Below are positions 9,122 through 19,726 of a stretch of 64,000 nt of DNA, in pieces. Under the pieces are notes generated by a model. The model saw only the letters and a program-made list of their open reading frames with translations. It had not been told where the DNA came from and made no database searches. Location of the stretch: positions 320,001 through 384,000 of the forward strand of contig OZ253564.1 of assembly GCA_965262915.1 (NCBI GenBank). The letters run 5' to 3'. The first letter of the stretch is position 1. The number at the start of each line of letters is the position of its first letter. The stretch is from Candidatus Spongiisociaceae bacterium (GTDB lineage Bacteria; Actinomycetota; Acidimicrobiia; Spongiisociales; Spongiisociaceae). The translations under genes were made by a program, and so were the position numbers.

Positions 9122-12100
9122 TCATCGGTCCCATAGCCAGTCGAGGTCTGAGAAGGCGAGCGCGTGGCCGAAGCCTTCGATGTTGTCCCGGACGTTGAGG
9201 ATGAGGCATCGCTCGTCGCCTCCGTTCTTTGGGCCTCGGAGGCCTCGTCCGATCATCTGGAAGTAGAGGTTCGGGCTGTTCACAGGGCGGGCGACGATGA
9301 TGGCGCGTGTTTTGGGCGCGTCGAATCCTTCCGCAAAGACGCCGTAGTTAACGAGGGCTTTGATCGCGCCGTCGCGGAATGCTTCGATCACGCGGCGGCG
9401 TGTCGCTGGTTCGGTTGTCCCGCTCACAGCTCGCGCAGTGATTCCCTGACGATTGAGGAGTGCCGCCAGGGTCTTGGCGTGTTCCACGGAGGTGGCGAAG
9501 ATCAGCGTTGGCCAGTCCGGCTCGATGTGGTCCTTGTACGCGTCGAGGATGCGGCGGGTGCGCTCAGCGTTGTTTGCGATCCGGTCCGCCACAGTCTGAG
9601 GCAGCCAGCCCAAGAGCAGTCTCTGTCTCCGCGGACCTGGCACGAATCGCAAAACATACTCCCACTCTTCGGGTCTCACTCGAAAGCTTCCACCTTCGAT
9701 GACCTTTTGGTCTGCTTGGGCTAGCACTCGATTGACCTGCAGCTGCTGGATGACCTTCTGCGGATCGTCGTCTGCGAACGCGCCGCTGTCGAGCCGCGTG
9801 GTGCCGTAGCGCCGGACAAGCCTCGCGGTCTCGTCCTCATCGTCCCTGCGGTAGGGCGTCGCCGTTAGGCCAATGAGGAGAGGTTCATCCTTTTCTCGAC
9901 GGTAGGTCAAACCGATCTCACTCATGACCGTTGTGAACGTGGGTGCGATCGACCGGTGTGCTTCGTCGAAGACCACGAGTTTGAAGTCTTTCAAGAAGTC
10001 GTATTGCGTCGGCCGGCGCGAAAGCCGCGAGTTGAGTGTCTGAATCGTGGCAACGACGACGTGGTCTTCTGTTGTCGGCAACGGCTGGGGCTGTCCGCTC
10101 CACATCCTGGATATTCGGAGTGGTCCAGCTTCTATCCCCTCGCTCCTCCATACTTGCGCCCATGCTACGACTGCCTGCTCGCAAAGCTCGCCGCGATCGG
10201 CGACCCAGAGCACCCCACCGCGGAACCTGTCGTCCCGCATGGCTTCGACGATCGCCTGCACCGCAACCCTTGTCTTCCCCGATCCGGTTGGCAGGCTGAT
10301 CATTCCGCGTCGTTCAACACCTCCGGCACCGTTCGCGCGCAGCACCTCACGCACGTTGTCTGCGACTGTCCGCTGGTAGTCGTGCAACTTAGGAAGCGAC
10401 TGAGGACCTTCGATCTCCATGAACGCCGGGCGTCGCCTCCTACGCTCCCCCGCCCATTCGTCGGAAAACCCGAGTGACCGGACGAATGCCACAGCGCGAC
10501 GAGATCCGGCCCATTTCGTCGGTGGTCCTAGGTGTTCCAGGACCGACTTGAATTGTTTGAGAGCGTTGGTGTGGTAGGTCGCGATGGCGGCTTCCGCTAT
10601 CTCCGTTGTGGTCAATGGCTCATGGTCTTGCTCCAGCACGTTCAACAGCGATGGGGGAAGACCCTTGCGCAGCGTGTCTTCACCCACCGCCTGGAGGAGG
10701 CGTTCAGCGTCGGTGGCACATTGCCTTACCGCAGCGCGCCTCTTCTCGATTTCTGCCGATGTTCGGCGCTTCAGGATCGCCTCGACGTGATGATGTCGGA
10801 GTCCGAGATGTAGCTCTTCTGCAACGTGTTCGAGAGCGTTGCGTTCGTCGTCTTCAACACTTCCGGCGAGATAAACGTCGGGAGCGTGGAATACACAGGT
10901 GCGTTCCGCGCCAGCAACGCGGATTCGCTCGCACGCGACGAGGCGAGTGTTCGTCCGGTGTGCAGGCAGGTGCTCTCGCAGCCCAGGCCAGATGTCGGTC
11001 AGCGGAGTCGGGTCTCCTTCGCCGAAGAATTCCGGTGCCGGATCGGATAGATCGAAGGCGGCCTTGATCTTGTCGGCGTTCTGATGTTGTAGCAGCGTGT
11101 GCAGGGCCGCCGGGTTTGCTGGGTGCGGCCCGAGAGCGTCGGCTAGCGGCACGACCCCGGCGGGAGTCTGGACCCGTCCGGCGCTTCTGAGAAACCAGAT
11201 CGGGAGTGACTCGCAGCACATCTTTGGGTATGTCTCGCGGTTGCTGCCTTTGTGCCACATCACCCACCGCCGGTAACAGGCGTCCAAACTCAGCAAAGCG
11301 TCGGTATAGGCGGCAGCTGCCTCCTCGGATAGGTCGCGAATCACGCTGAGCGGTCCGATCTTGTCATAGTGGGTGAAGCCCACATAGCCAGCCTGGGGGC
11401 TGGCTGGCAAGTCCTGGCTCCGGTAACGCTTTTCCTGTTCCCCTTGGTATTTGCGGAACAAAGGTCGCCAGCCGAGCTCGGATCCCACGAACGGGCCGTC
11501 CGCGATACCCAGGTCATCGAGCAGATCGCGATCAAGGTCATGGAAGTCGCAGTCAACAGCCACGCCGTCATCGCGGCTTCCGTCGCCAGGAATGATGGCT
11601 CCGGGCATCAGGACACGGCCAAGCGGCTGCCACAGACCGGCACGTGTTCGGACCCGCAAGCCAACCCGCCAGTTGTGATGCTCCTGGATGATCGGTAGCG
11701 CAACGCCCGGATTGAGCCCACGCGACGCCTTCCACAACTGTTTATGGAGGTACGCGCCAGAGCCCTTCAGTCGTGTGCCGCTCAGCACGCGATGCGCGAT
11801 GGCCCTGAAGCGTCCTTCGGGGGAGGGAGGTTTGAGTCCGAGTCGTCGTAACGCGGATAGGGTCTCCTTATCCGTGGCCAACTCCGGGTGGACGCTTGAG
11901 CCCGGGTCAGCCGAGCCATCGGTAGCGGGCGATTCGAACGGAAGGAAGAGAGCTTGGGGATCAGGTTTGCGCCAACCTCCGGACTTCGTCAACACGATCC
12001 TGCCAAGGTCGGTACGTATTCGTATGTTGCGCGGAATCCGAGCGGCGGTCTGGATCGCCGCCATCGATGCCGCGACTGCGTCGGTCGGCCCGGCGCGCTT

Positions 12101-13597
12101 TACGAGGGCTTCGAGCCATTCCGCGACCGAGACCCGTGGCACTCGCGAGGTCCTCCAGGCCCAAGCCGGTTGCCTGGGATCTTGGGATAGGCGGTCCACG
12201 GTCGCTCGTCTGGTCCGGGTGAGTGCCTTGTGATGCAGCCAGTCATCCGGCCGGCCCGGGTAGGCCGCCCATCGCTCGAACGGCGCCACGACCATTTCAC
12301 GATCCGGAGTCAGCTGCTTCGGCGGGTACGAAATGTCCCTAACTCGGCAGAGTTGCCCACTCTGATCGGGAACGATTGCCCGCCCGTGCAGAGCTGTGTA
12401 CAGACGCTTTCGAAGCAGTTTTGCCTGATGGGAATCGCCCGCCTGGTGCCCACGCGGCAGTACGTCCAAGTGGCGGGCGGGATCCTCCGTGGTTGGTAAT
12501 TTGGGCAGCGCGTCGGCGATCAGCGCTGCGGAGGCGCCGATTAACTCGTCGTTGTACCAGCCGCTCAGCAGATTCTGACGATCCTCGTTCGTCTTCCAAG
12601 GCGCGTTGAGGATGCCAGGAACAAGGCTCTCGGTGTTCGTCGGGAAGAACGCCCAGAACTTCCCGGACCGGTTGAGCCGGTCGACGGGTGCTGCCCACCA
12701 GACGGGAACCTCATCGCGGTCGTCGCCTGGACGCCGATCGGCACGCGCCTCGTCCGATAGCCGGTGGGTACCCTGGAACAGTCTCCACTCGTTGGTCGTG
12801 TCACCTTCGGCCAACAGATAGCAATCGTCAACTCGCTCCAACTCCAGCACGCGATTGACCGCACCGGAATCGTCGATCAGTGTGAGCGATCCGACATGCG
12901 CCACGAACAGAAGGAACTCCGCGGGGAACCCCCCCATCTGCCGACGGAGATCGTCTCGGGCTCCACGCCTTAGCGGCAACCGCACAATGTTCACCGCCCA
13001 CGCCATCAGATCGCGCAGCACTACGTCTTGGCCCCAACAATCGGCAGGGTCGATCGGTTCCGGCAGCCGCAACACGGGACAAACCTCTGCACTGCTCACA
13101 ACGGTCCTCACCCGCTCCAGCGAACGCGCACGATCGAATCGGAACGAGCCGGATCGGCTGAAGAACTCGGGCGCGTCACTCACGCCGAGAACGGCCTTGA
13201 ACCCCAGGCCGAATGTGCCTATCTGGCCTGTGCCCCTCTTGGGCGACAGACGCGAGAACATGAGCGCCTTCACACCGTGGGCGGCGATCGGGTCACCGTT
13301 GTCTGCGCAGTACAGATACTCGGACGTCAGCCGCACGTCGACGCGGCCACGAACCACCCTCGACGCATGGTCGCCGTCCTCTGCCCCGGCGTCGATCCAC
13401 AGCGCATCTGCGCTGTTCTGGACCAGTTCGAAGAGTTGCCGGTGCTGGTAACCGCCGAGCGCCGTATCCTGCTCCTCGTTAGCGTGCTCCTCGAGCAGGT
13501 TCGGCTGGGCGCGATACGCATCAAGCGACCGCCCCGACTCCTCCAAAATGTACTGACCCAGATGTCCATTCGGACCGGCCCACCCCTCCAGCAACAC
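9122..13597 (-). CDS. sacsin-like GHKL ATPase fused to SF2 (ResIII-type) DEAH helicase, 1491 aa
   Basis: ELVQNSADA, DNG, GTFGLGFKAV; LPTGSGKT, DEAH, GLTATP, EGFDAP, QMIGRGLRG. Confidence 0.9.
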   Translation of the reverse strand: MLLEGWAGPNGHLGQYILEESGRSLDAYRAQPNLLEEHANEEQDTALGGYQHRQLFELVQNSADALWIDAGAEDGDHASRVVRGRVDVRLTSEYLYCADNGDPIAAHGVKALMFSRLSPKRGTGQIGTFGLGFKAVLGVSDAPEFFSRSGSFRFDRARSLERVRTVVSSAEVCPVLRLPEPIDPADCWGQDVVLRDLMAWAVNIVRLPLRRGARDDLRRQMGGFPAEFLLFVAHVGSLTLIDDSGAVNRVLELERVDDCYLLAEGDTTNEWRLFQGTHRLSDEARADRRPGDDRDEVPVWWAAPVDRLNRSGKFWAFFPTNTESLVPGILNAPWKTNEDRQNLLSGWYNDELIGASAALIADALPKLPTTEDPARHLDVLPRGHQAGDSHQAKLLRKRLYTALHGRAIVPDQSGQLCRVRDISYPPKQLTPDREMVVAPFERWAAYPGRPDDWLHHKALTRTRRATVDRLSQDPRQPAWAWRTSRVPRVSVAEWLEALVKRAGPTDAVAASMAAIQTAARIPRNIRIRTDLGRIVLTKSGGWRKPDPQALFLPFESPATDGSADPGSSVHPELATDKETLSALRRLGLKPPSPEGRFRAIAHRVLSGTRLKGSGAYLHKQLWKASRGLNPGVALPIIQEHHNWRVGLRVRTRAGLWQPLGRVLMPGAIIPGDGSRDDGVAVDCDFHDLDRDLLDDLGIADGPFVGSELGWRPLFRKYQGEQEKRYRSQDLPASPQAGYVGFTHYDKIGPLSVIRDLSEEAAAAYTDALLSLDACYRRWVMWHKGSNRETYPKMCCESLPIWFLRSAGRVQTPAGVVPLADALGPHPANPAALHTLLQHQNADKIKAAFDLSDPAPEFFGEGDPTPLTDIWPGLREHLPAHRTNTRLVACERIRVAGAERTCVFHAPDVYLAGSVEDDERNALEHVAEELHLGLRHHHVEAILKRRTSAEIEKRRAAVRQCATDAERLLQAVGEDTLRKGLPPSLLNVLEQDHEPLTTTEIAEAAIATYHTNALKQFKSVLEHLGPPTKWAGSRRAVAFVRSLGFSDEWAGERRRRRPAFMEIEGPQSLPKLHDYQRTVADNVREVLRANGAGGVERRGMISLPTGSGKTRVAVQAIVEAMRDDRFRGGVLWVADRGELCEQAVVAWAQVWRSEGIEAGPLRISRMWSGQPQPLPTTEDHVVVATIQTLNSRLSRRPTQYDFLKDFKLVVFDEAHRSIAPTFTTVMSEIGLTYRREKDEPLLIGLTATPYRRDDEDETARLVRRYGTTRLDSGAFADDDPQKVIQQLQVNRVLAQADQKVIEGGSFRVRPEEWEYVLRFVPGPRRQRLLLGWLPQTVADRIANNAERTRRILDAYKDHIEPDWPTLIFATSVEHAKTLAALLNRQGITARAVSGTTEPATRRRVIEAFRDGAIKALVNYGVFAEGFDAPKTRAIIVARPVNSPNLYFQMIGRGLRGPKNGGDERCLILNVRDNIEGFGHALAFSDLDWLWDR

Positions 13598-14248
13598 CTT
13601 CCTCCCTTACCTTGGCTTCACCTACCAGGTCACGTCCACGGATCGCTACCGACTGAACAGATCCCCGGGTTCGGCTATTCGCGCGTTCGGTGTTTCTACC
13701 CGGAACCTCCCCGCCTGTCAACGTCGGGTGAATGCTGATAGTGGGGTTGACCCCGAAGTGCGTCTCCCACGTCCGGGAGTCCGAACGAGTGGCGAACGTC
13801 CGGCCGCTTGTGCACGCGCCAGCAGCCAGCAGAACCAAGACTCAAGTTGAACATCCTCTGGTTGCTCGTGGCAGTAGTTGTCCTTGTCGCGTTCTTGGTG
13901 TGGCTGCTTGAGAGTCAGATCTGCCCGCAGGAGGGGTGGCGGGGTTGTGCGACGCACTCCGACAAGCGTTCCGGAAAGCACTCTCTGGACGCTGAACCCG
14001 GCACCCCACCGGGAGCAACGATCCAGAGCGTGGGACTGAGTGTGGGAGCAGGCACCGGAATCAGGCGGCTGCCGGTGTGCTCGACCTGGCTATTCGGTGT
14101 CCACTGGCAACGGCGGACTGGCTTCCGCTAGGGATTAAGGCTCCGATGCGTGCCTGGTGAGAGTGCCTCTGGTCTTTGACGCTCACGACGTGGCCAAACA
14201 ACAGCGATGATCGAATGTTACGGATGGGCCGCGTGTCTCAAGGTAACC

Positions 14249-14309
14249 AGCAGCATAGCGATTTCGCTATGCTGCTCTTGGTAGTGTCCCCGCTGGGGTG
14301 TGGTATACT
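14249..14309 (+). promoter_or_regulatory. 12-13 bp perfect palindrome followed by an extended -10-like TGGTATACT
   Basis: AGCAGCATAGCG-attt-CGCTATGCTGCT at 14249-14276; TGGTATACT at 14301-14309 upstream of the SLH gene. Confidence 0.5.
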
Positions 14310-14335
14310 ACCTTGACGCTAAGAGACGGAACGGG

Positions 14336-15157
14336 ATGGGAACACTACGCCGACCTCTCATTGCGGTACTGGCGGTGTGTGTTTCGTTGATAGGCGGCGG
14401 TGTCGTCGGTTATGCGGCCACCGGTGGGTTCTCCGATGTGCCTGATGACCATTTACAGGCTGCCGATATAGCTCGCGCTGTTGAGTTAGGCTGGTACGCT
14501 GGGTATCCCGACGGTACGTTCAAGCCGGATAGGTTGCTTTCTACTGATCAAGCTGTGACTGTGTTCGGCCGTGCCTTTCCTGATGGTGTGTCACGTGCGG
14601 ACTTAGCTACGATCCTCGTTGGTGGTACTTTTAGGCTAAATAATCTGAGAACTTCATCAACAACGACGCCAGCTGGCCAGTCATCTTCTAACGCGCCTCA
14701 GGAAGTAGGTACATGGACGGGATTTGAAGGTGAGGGCGTTGATGGGGCGTTTTACGGCTATTGGGTAGATGCAATAAGCTATACCGACTCCCACCTAGTC
14801 TCTGTACCATCACTCTATTTGCGCTGTGGAAGGGGCAACACTGCCTATGATGATATCTTCATCATTACACCGTGGTATCTCCCAGCCAACGAGGATAAGA
14901 ACGTATTAGTACGAGCACGGTTCAGCCATCAGGATGAACCGATCATCGGGTATATATGGAGCAGTGAAGAATCTGACGGGTCCGCGCTGGTCGCAGACTT
15001 CGACTCGGGAGCCATTAAGATGGAACTTACGGATCTCGATGATGATCCTACGAGTTGGTTCATTGAGATTATTGACAACGTGGACAACCGAGAACGGGCT
15101 ACCTTTGAACTGTCGTACACTGCTACTGCCATAAGCAATCTAGCCTGCTTTAGCTAA
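14336..15157 (+). CDS. secreted S-layer homology (SLH) domain protein
   Basis: Signal peptide; FSDVPDDH...GWYAGYPDGTFKPDR; visibly lower GC than the flanks. Confidence 0.8.
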   Translation: MGTLRRPLIAVLAVCVSLIGGGVVGYAATGGFSDVPDDHLQAADIARAVELGWYAGYPDGTFKPDRLLSTDQAVTVFGRAFPDGVSRADLATILVGGTFRLNNLRTSSTTTPAGQSSSNAPQEVGTWTGFEGEGVDGAFYGYWVDAISYTDSHLVSVPSLYLRCGRGNTAYDDIFIITPWYLPANEDKNVLVRARFSHQDEPIIGYIWSSEESDGSALVADFDSGAIKMELTDLDDDPTSWFIEIIDNVDNRERATFELSYTATAISNLACFS

Positions 15158-15627
15158 GACGAGGTCAGGTGATACCCGAGTGTCCCGCATCGCACCGGTC
15201 AAGGTTTTGCAGATGGAACTCGACAGGCGTGACCCTCCTCAGTCCTTCCAACGGAAGGGCTATCCGTTGCTCGGTAGAGGTTGATCTGGCTAGATGTCGA
15301 GGATTGCCGAATCTATCCCACGATTGGTACGACCGACCATTGTGAGTACGTGGTAGCACTTGGGCTGGGACACGCTCGCTGTGGGCGGCCGATGCCCGCT
15401 CTAGGACCATCACCTTGGGCAAGGGACCGAGAGCAGGATCGGGGTGAATCGACCGGTCTCAGCTTGTAGACGTAAGAGGGTGATGACTGCCAGTTCAGAT
15501 CCGAGCTCGTTCGGAGACTTGGTTACTCAGGGACCGTCTTCAGCTTTTCGTTAGATGGGTGGTTGAGCGTGGACCCCCTAGGGCCCTTCCCGGGGATACA
15601 AGACCGATACCCGCACCTCCACCTGGC

Positions 15628-15819
15628 TTACGCTGCGGGTTTGAGACCGTCGCTCCAGTGTTGGATGTCGCCTCAGCGCCAGCCCACCGCCCGGGTGCCT
15701 TTGGGTCCGAGTCGGATAGGTGGAGGGAACGACCCGTCCCGGACCCGCCGCTAGATCGTGGTTCTGCTCAGGCCGGTGAGTTGCATCACGTCGTTCTGTC
15801 GCAGGATTCGGTTGTTCAT
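15628..15819 (-). pseudogene. AlpA-family regulator/excisionase pseudogene
   Basis: MNNRILRQNDVMQLTGLSRTTI*RRVRDGSFPPPIRLGPKGTRAVGWR*GDIQHW; two in-frame stops (15751, 15673). Confidence 0.9.
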
Positions 15820-16319
15820 GCTCCTCCAGAGTTCGCAAGAGGGGGTGTGCGGTTGGGTTTCGATCTGGTCTCTTGCTGTTGTTGGGTTCGAACGGTCGGA
15901 GGGTGGCGCTACTGGGTGCGAACATAGCTTGGGGCTGCGCACGCACGCGCACGATTTCCGCGCACGCTTCGCTCTGACCTGGCCTCTTACACCCATGTCT
16001 CCAAGCTTATGTTGTCGCGCCAGTCGCTAATGAAGGTCGCGAGGGCACGCTTCGGCCTGGATTCGGATACCGGGTGACCTCTTTGAGGAACGTCTGGTGC
16101 GGGTCGTCGTAGTTGCCAATCCCACCGGATCGGGCCATGTGGGCTGATCCCGAGCAGCCCATCAACGATCCGGTACCCGAGGTTGGTGGCTCAGTGGCCG
16201 GCACCCGGGCCCCTGGGAGCGATCGGAACAGAAGACCCCAAAGCCGTCGCGGGGTGATCACCCGCCAGCTTCTCTGAGCCTCATGGGAAGTGGGGTGACA
16301 AGATGGCGGGTACCGCGGT

Positions 16320-17320
16320 ATCTCAGGTGGGGTACTGCGGTATCCCCTGGAGGGGGGTACCGGGGTACCGCATTTCAATGCAAACGTGCCTCTGTTTTAA
16401 CCCGGGTTGACACGCCCTCTCACCCCGGTCACGACCCACCTCCCCGATACCCACGTACCCCCCCGATCGGATACTCCGGTACCACCCCCGGGTACTCCAC
16501 TACCCCCGTACATCGGCCATGATCACTACCTCCGGCTCGAACAGGCCCATAAGACCTCCTCCCAGTCCCACACCCGCACCGTCCCGAGACCATCCGACAA
16601 AGACCCGTCCAGCAGTTCCACCTACGCGGCTCTCTCCCGGCATCACAGAACCTGGCATTCGTCCGGCGGGCAACGGGGTTGGGCACCGGGTTTGCGGGGC
16701 AGCAGGCGGGAGGTGACAGCGATCCCCTCCGGACATTGAGGGCTCCCACCTTTCCGAGGCCCGCAACACCCCATCGGATGCTGGGTGTACAGCGGTACCC
16801 GGGCCGTGTTCGTAGCCGCTCCGGGACCGTTTCTCGGGGGGCACGGACCGGGGGTACAGGGATACCAGGTGGGGCGATCTCATGTTGCGGGTCGGGTGCT
16901 GAGGGGGTAGGGCGGTATCTGTGGTGCCGCGAAACCCCAGGTCAGAGACGAGCGCGCTCGCGAGCGCGCCTTTGAGCGAGCGGTCGCGCGCTGTTGGTGC
17001 CGCTACGGTCGCCGACCAAACAGCCCGGATCTTCCCACCGGCAGGACGTGCAGCAGCCAAGAACAAGGAATTCGATCGGAAAGGAAACCCCGAGATGAGA
17101 AACCAACAACACGACCCTTCTTTGTCCCACGACGCGGGCACGGACCTTGCGGGTACTGCAGTATCCGGAGGGGAAATGGGTGCTGCGGGGCGGGGTGTTG
17201 AGGGGGGTAGGGCGGTATCTGTGGTGTCGCGAAACCCCAGGTCAGAGACAGACGCACGGTTAGTCGCACGGTTTGGGGCTAAACGCACGGTTAGTCGCAC
17301 GGTCGCGCACGGTCCGGGCC
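16320..17320. repeat. non-coding repeat module, copy 2 (inverted relative to 8070-9110)
   Basis: 17228-17278 is a 51-bp exact reverse complement of 8112-8162; 16377-16392 = RC of 9059-9074; 16329-16344 = RC of 9093-9108. Confidence 0.8.
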
Positions 17321-17409
17321 GCTACGGTCGCCGACCAAATAGCGGGGCTCTCCCATCGGAGGGCCGCAGCAACCAAGTACAGGAATTCGATCGGAAAGGA
17401 AACCTCGAG

Positions 17410-17622
17410 ATGAGTAAGCGAACACCCCGCCGCAATATCCGAATCCTGAGACAGCCCGAAGTGACCGAGATGACCGGTTTGAGCAGAACCACGATCTGGC
17501 GTCGGGTCCAAGACGGGTCGTTCCCCCAGCCTGTGCGGCTGGGACCTGAGGGCAGCCGGGCTGTGGGCTGGTTACACCACGAAGTGCAAGACTGGCTCAA
17601 CGGTCTCCGACCTGCAGCATGA
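17410..17622 (+). CDS. AlpA-family regulator/excisionase
   Basis: RILRQPEVTEMTGLSRTTIWRRVQDGSFPQPVRLG...AVGW...EVQDWL; AAAGGA RBS. Confidence 0.92.
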   Translation: MSKRTPRRNIRILRQPEVTEMTGLSRTTIWRRVQDGSFPQPVRLGPEGSRAVGWLHHEVQDWLNGLRPAA

Positions 17623-17982
17623 CACCAACCCCCAAAACAAGCCCGAACGCTACGGCCCCGCAAAGGGCCCACCCAGTTCCCTGCGGGTCTCCCGCCGGGG
17701 CCTTGGCGTCCCCGCCTTCAGAAGGCGCTGTGCGGGGAGCTGGCGGCGGTCGGGTTGCACAACCGGGCCGGCCGGTTCATCGGATCCCGACAGCATCCAG
17801 AGCTGTGGCCGGTCCTGGCCGGTCGTCTCCCACCTGTCACGGCCAGGCCTGATCAGCTCGGCTGCCCACCAGAACCGGTCGATACGCCGTCGCAGGACCC
17901 CGGCGGGCGGACCAACCCAGCGGGCAACAGATGTCAGTCACCTAAATGGGGCCTGAGGAAAAGGAAGCGAGACGATGGCTAG

Positions 17983-19726
17983 GAGACTGCTGATTAATCG
18001 GTCCTGTTGGGTGTTGGTGGGTTCGCGTTTTAGGTGTTGTGGGATTATTGTAGTGGTATGCAGGGTAGTGAACGTTTTGATCGTGAGTTTCTGGACACAA
18101 CGGATCTGTGGCATCTGGTTCCGGAAGGGTCTGTGTACGGGTTCTTGGCTGAGAACCGGCGCCGTTTGTTTCCCGATGAGATGTTCGCCGATTTGTTCGG
18201 TAGTGGTCGGGGTCGCCCGTCGATACCGGGTCCGGTGATCGCTGCGGTGATGGTTCTCTAGGCGTTGGAGTGCGTCTCTGACCGGGAAGCGATACAGCGG
18301 CTCCGCCGTGATATAGCTTGGAAAGCCGCGACTGGTCTGTCGTTGACACATGGGGGGTTCCACCCGACGGTGCTGACGTTGTGGCGTGCCCGGTTGCGTG
18401 CCAGCGAAAAGCCGGAGCGTATCTTCGACGCGGTGCGCCGAGTTATGGATAGTTGCGGGGTGTTGGCGACCAGGGACCGTCGGGCGCTGGACTCGACCAT
18501 TTTGCACGACGCGGTTGCTACCGGGGACACGGTGGATGATGATCTCATCGCAGATAAGGCGTTGCCGCCGTCTGATCCCCGCAGGCGGCCGACCTGGTGT
18601 TGGTAGCACATGACTTGCGAATCGGTGACGAAACCGTCCTGCGACTGGTCTGATCCCGATGCCCGCTCGGAACTAATCAACGGTTTGGTCACCGACGGGC
18701 TGGCGCTGATCGAAGCGGTCGAGGGTGTGAAGTTGGATCCCGATCAGGCCGACGCGGTAGGTTTGTTGGGAGTGGTGACGGGCCAGGATGTGGAACCGGA
18801 CCCCCACCGGGTGGGCCGATGGCGGATAGCGCGGCGTGTGGCCCGAGATCGGACCATATCGACAGTGGACCCCGAAGCGCGGCACGGTCACAAGACCCGG
18901 ACCCACAAACGGGACGGGTACAAGGCCCATGTCGCTGCCGAACCCGTAACCGGACTGGTCACCGCCGCGGTCCTAACAGCTGCCAACACCCCAGACGCCG
19001 ACAGCATCGCGGATCTCGTTGCCGACCAACCCCCGGGTGCCGAAATCGTCGCGGATTCGGCGTACGCGTCCGGTGCGGCTCTCGAAACGTTCGACGATCT
19101 TGGTCACACCCCGGTGGTGAAACCAATCGTAGGCAAACCCCACATCGAAGACGGGTTCCACCGCGACGACTTCGGGATCGACACCGGAGCCCGCACGGTG
19201 ACGTGTCCCGCCAACCACACCACCCGTATACGTCCCGGAGGTACCGCCCCCTTCGCGAAGCGGTGCAACGGCTGCCCCCTGCGGGCACGATGCACCACCT
19301 CGCAGAAGGGACGGACCATCACAGTCGACAAACACCACGACCGTCGAGCGGCGAACAAACCACGATGGGCCAAAGAAGAAACGCAGGACACCTACCGCAA
19401 CTTGCGGCCGTCCGCAGAACGGACCATCGCCTGGCTCACCCGCCACAACCCCAGACGCGTCCCCTACCGAGGAATCATCCCCAACCAGCAATGGCCCACC
19501 ACCCCAACAGCAGCCATCAACCTACGACGCCTCATCAACCTCGGACTCACCCACACCACCACCGGCTGGGCCACCAACCCCGCCTAGAACCCCCAAAAAC
19601 CGGGACACCGCCCCCAACCAACCCCGCCACCGCCACCAACCAACCCAAAACACCCACCCCACAAGCCCCAACCAGCCCCACCACACCAACACAGCCAACT
19701 CGCCGAACCCCATAATCAGCAGGCTC
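17983..19726 (+). mobile_element. IS1182-family-like insertion sequence
   Basis: IRs GAGACTGCTGATTA / TAATCAGCAGGCTC (13/14); CTAG duplicated on both sides. Confidence 0.9.
18058..19587 (+). pseudogene. IS1182-like DDE transposase with premature stop and frameshift
   Basis: GRPSIP...SDREA, LDST, DPEARHG, GYKAH, ADSAY, TCPA..CNGCPLRARC; TAG at 18259-18261 and a frameshift near 18530-18610. Confidence 0.88.

Noticed and set aside
15673-15675. TGA in the alpA copy as selenocysteine
   Set aside because: Not a Cys position, and a second (TAG) stop is present; ordinary pseudogene
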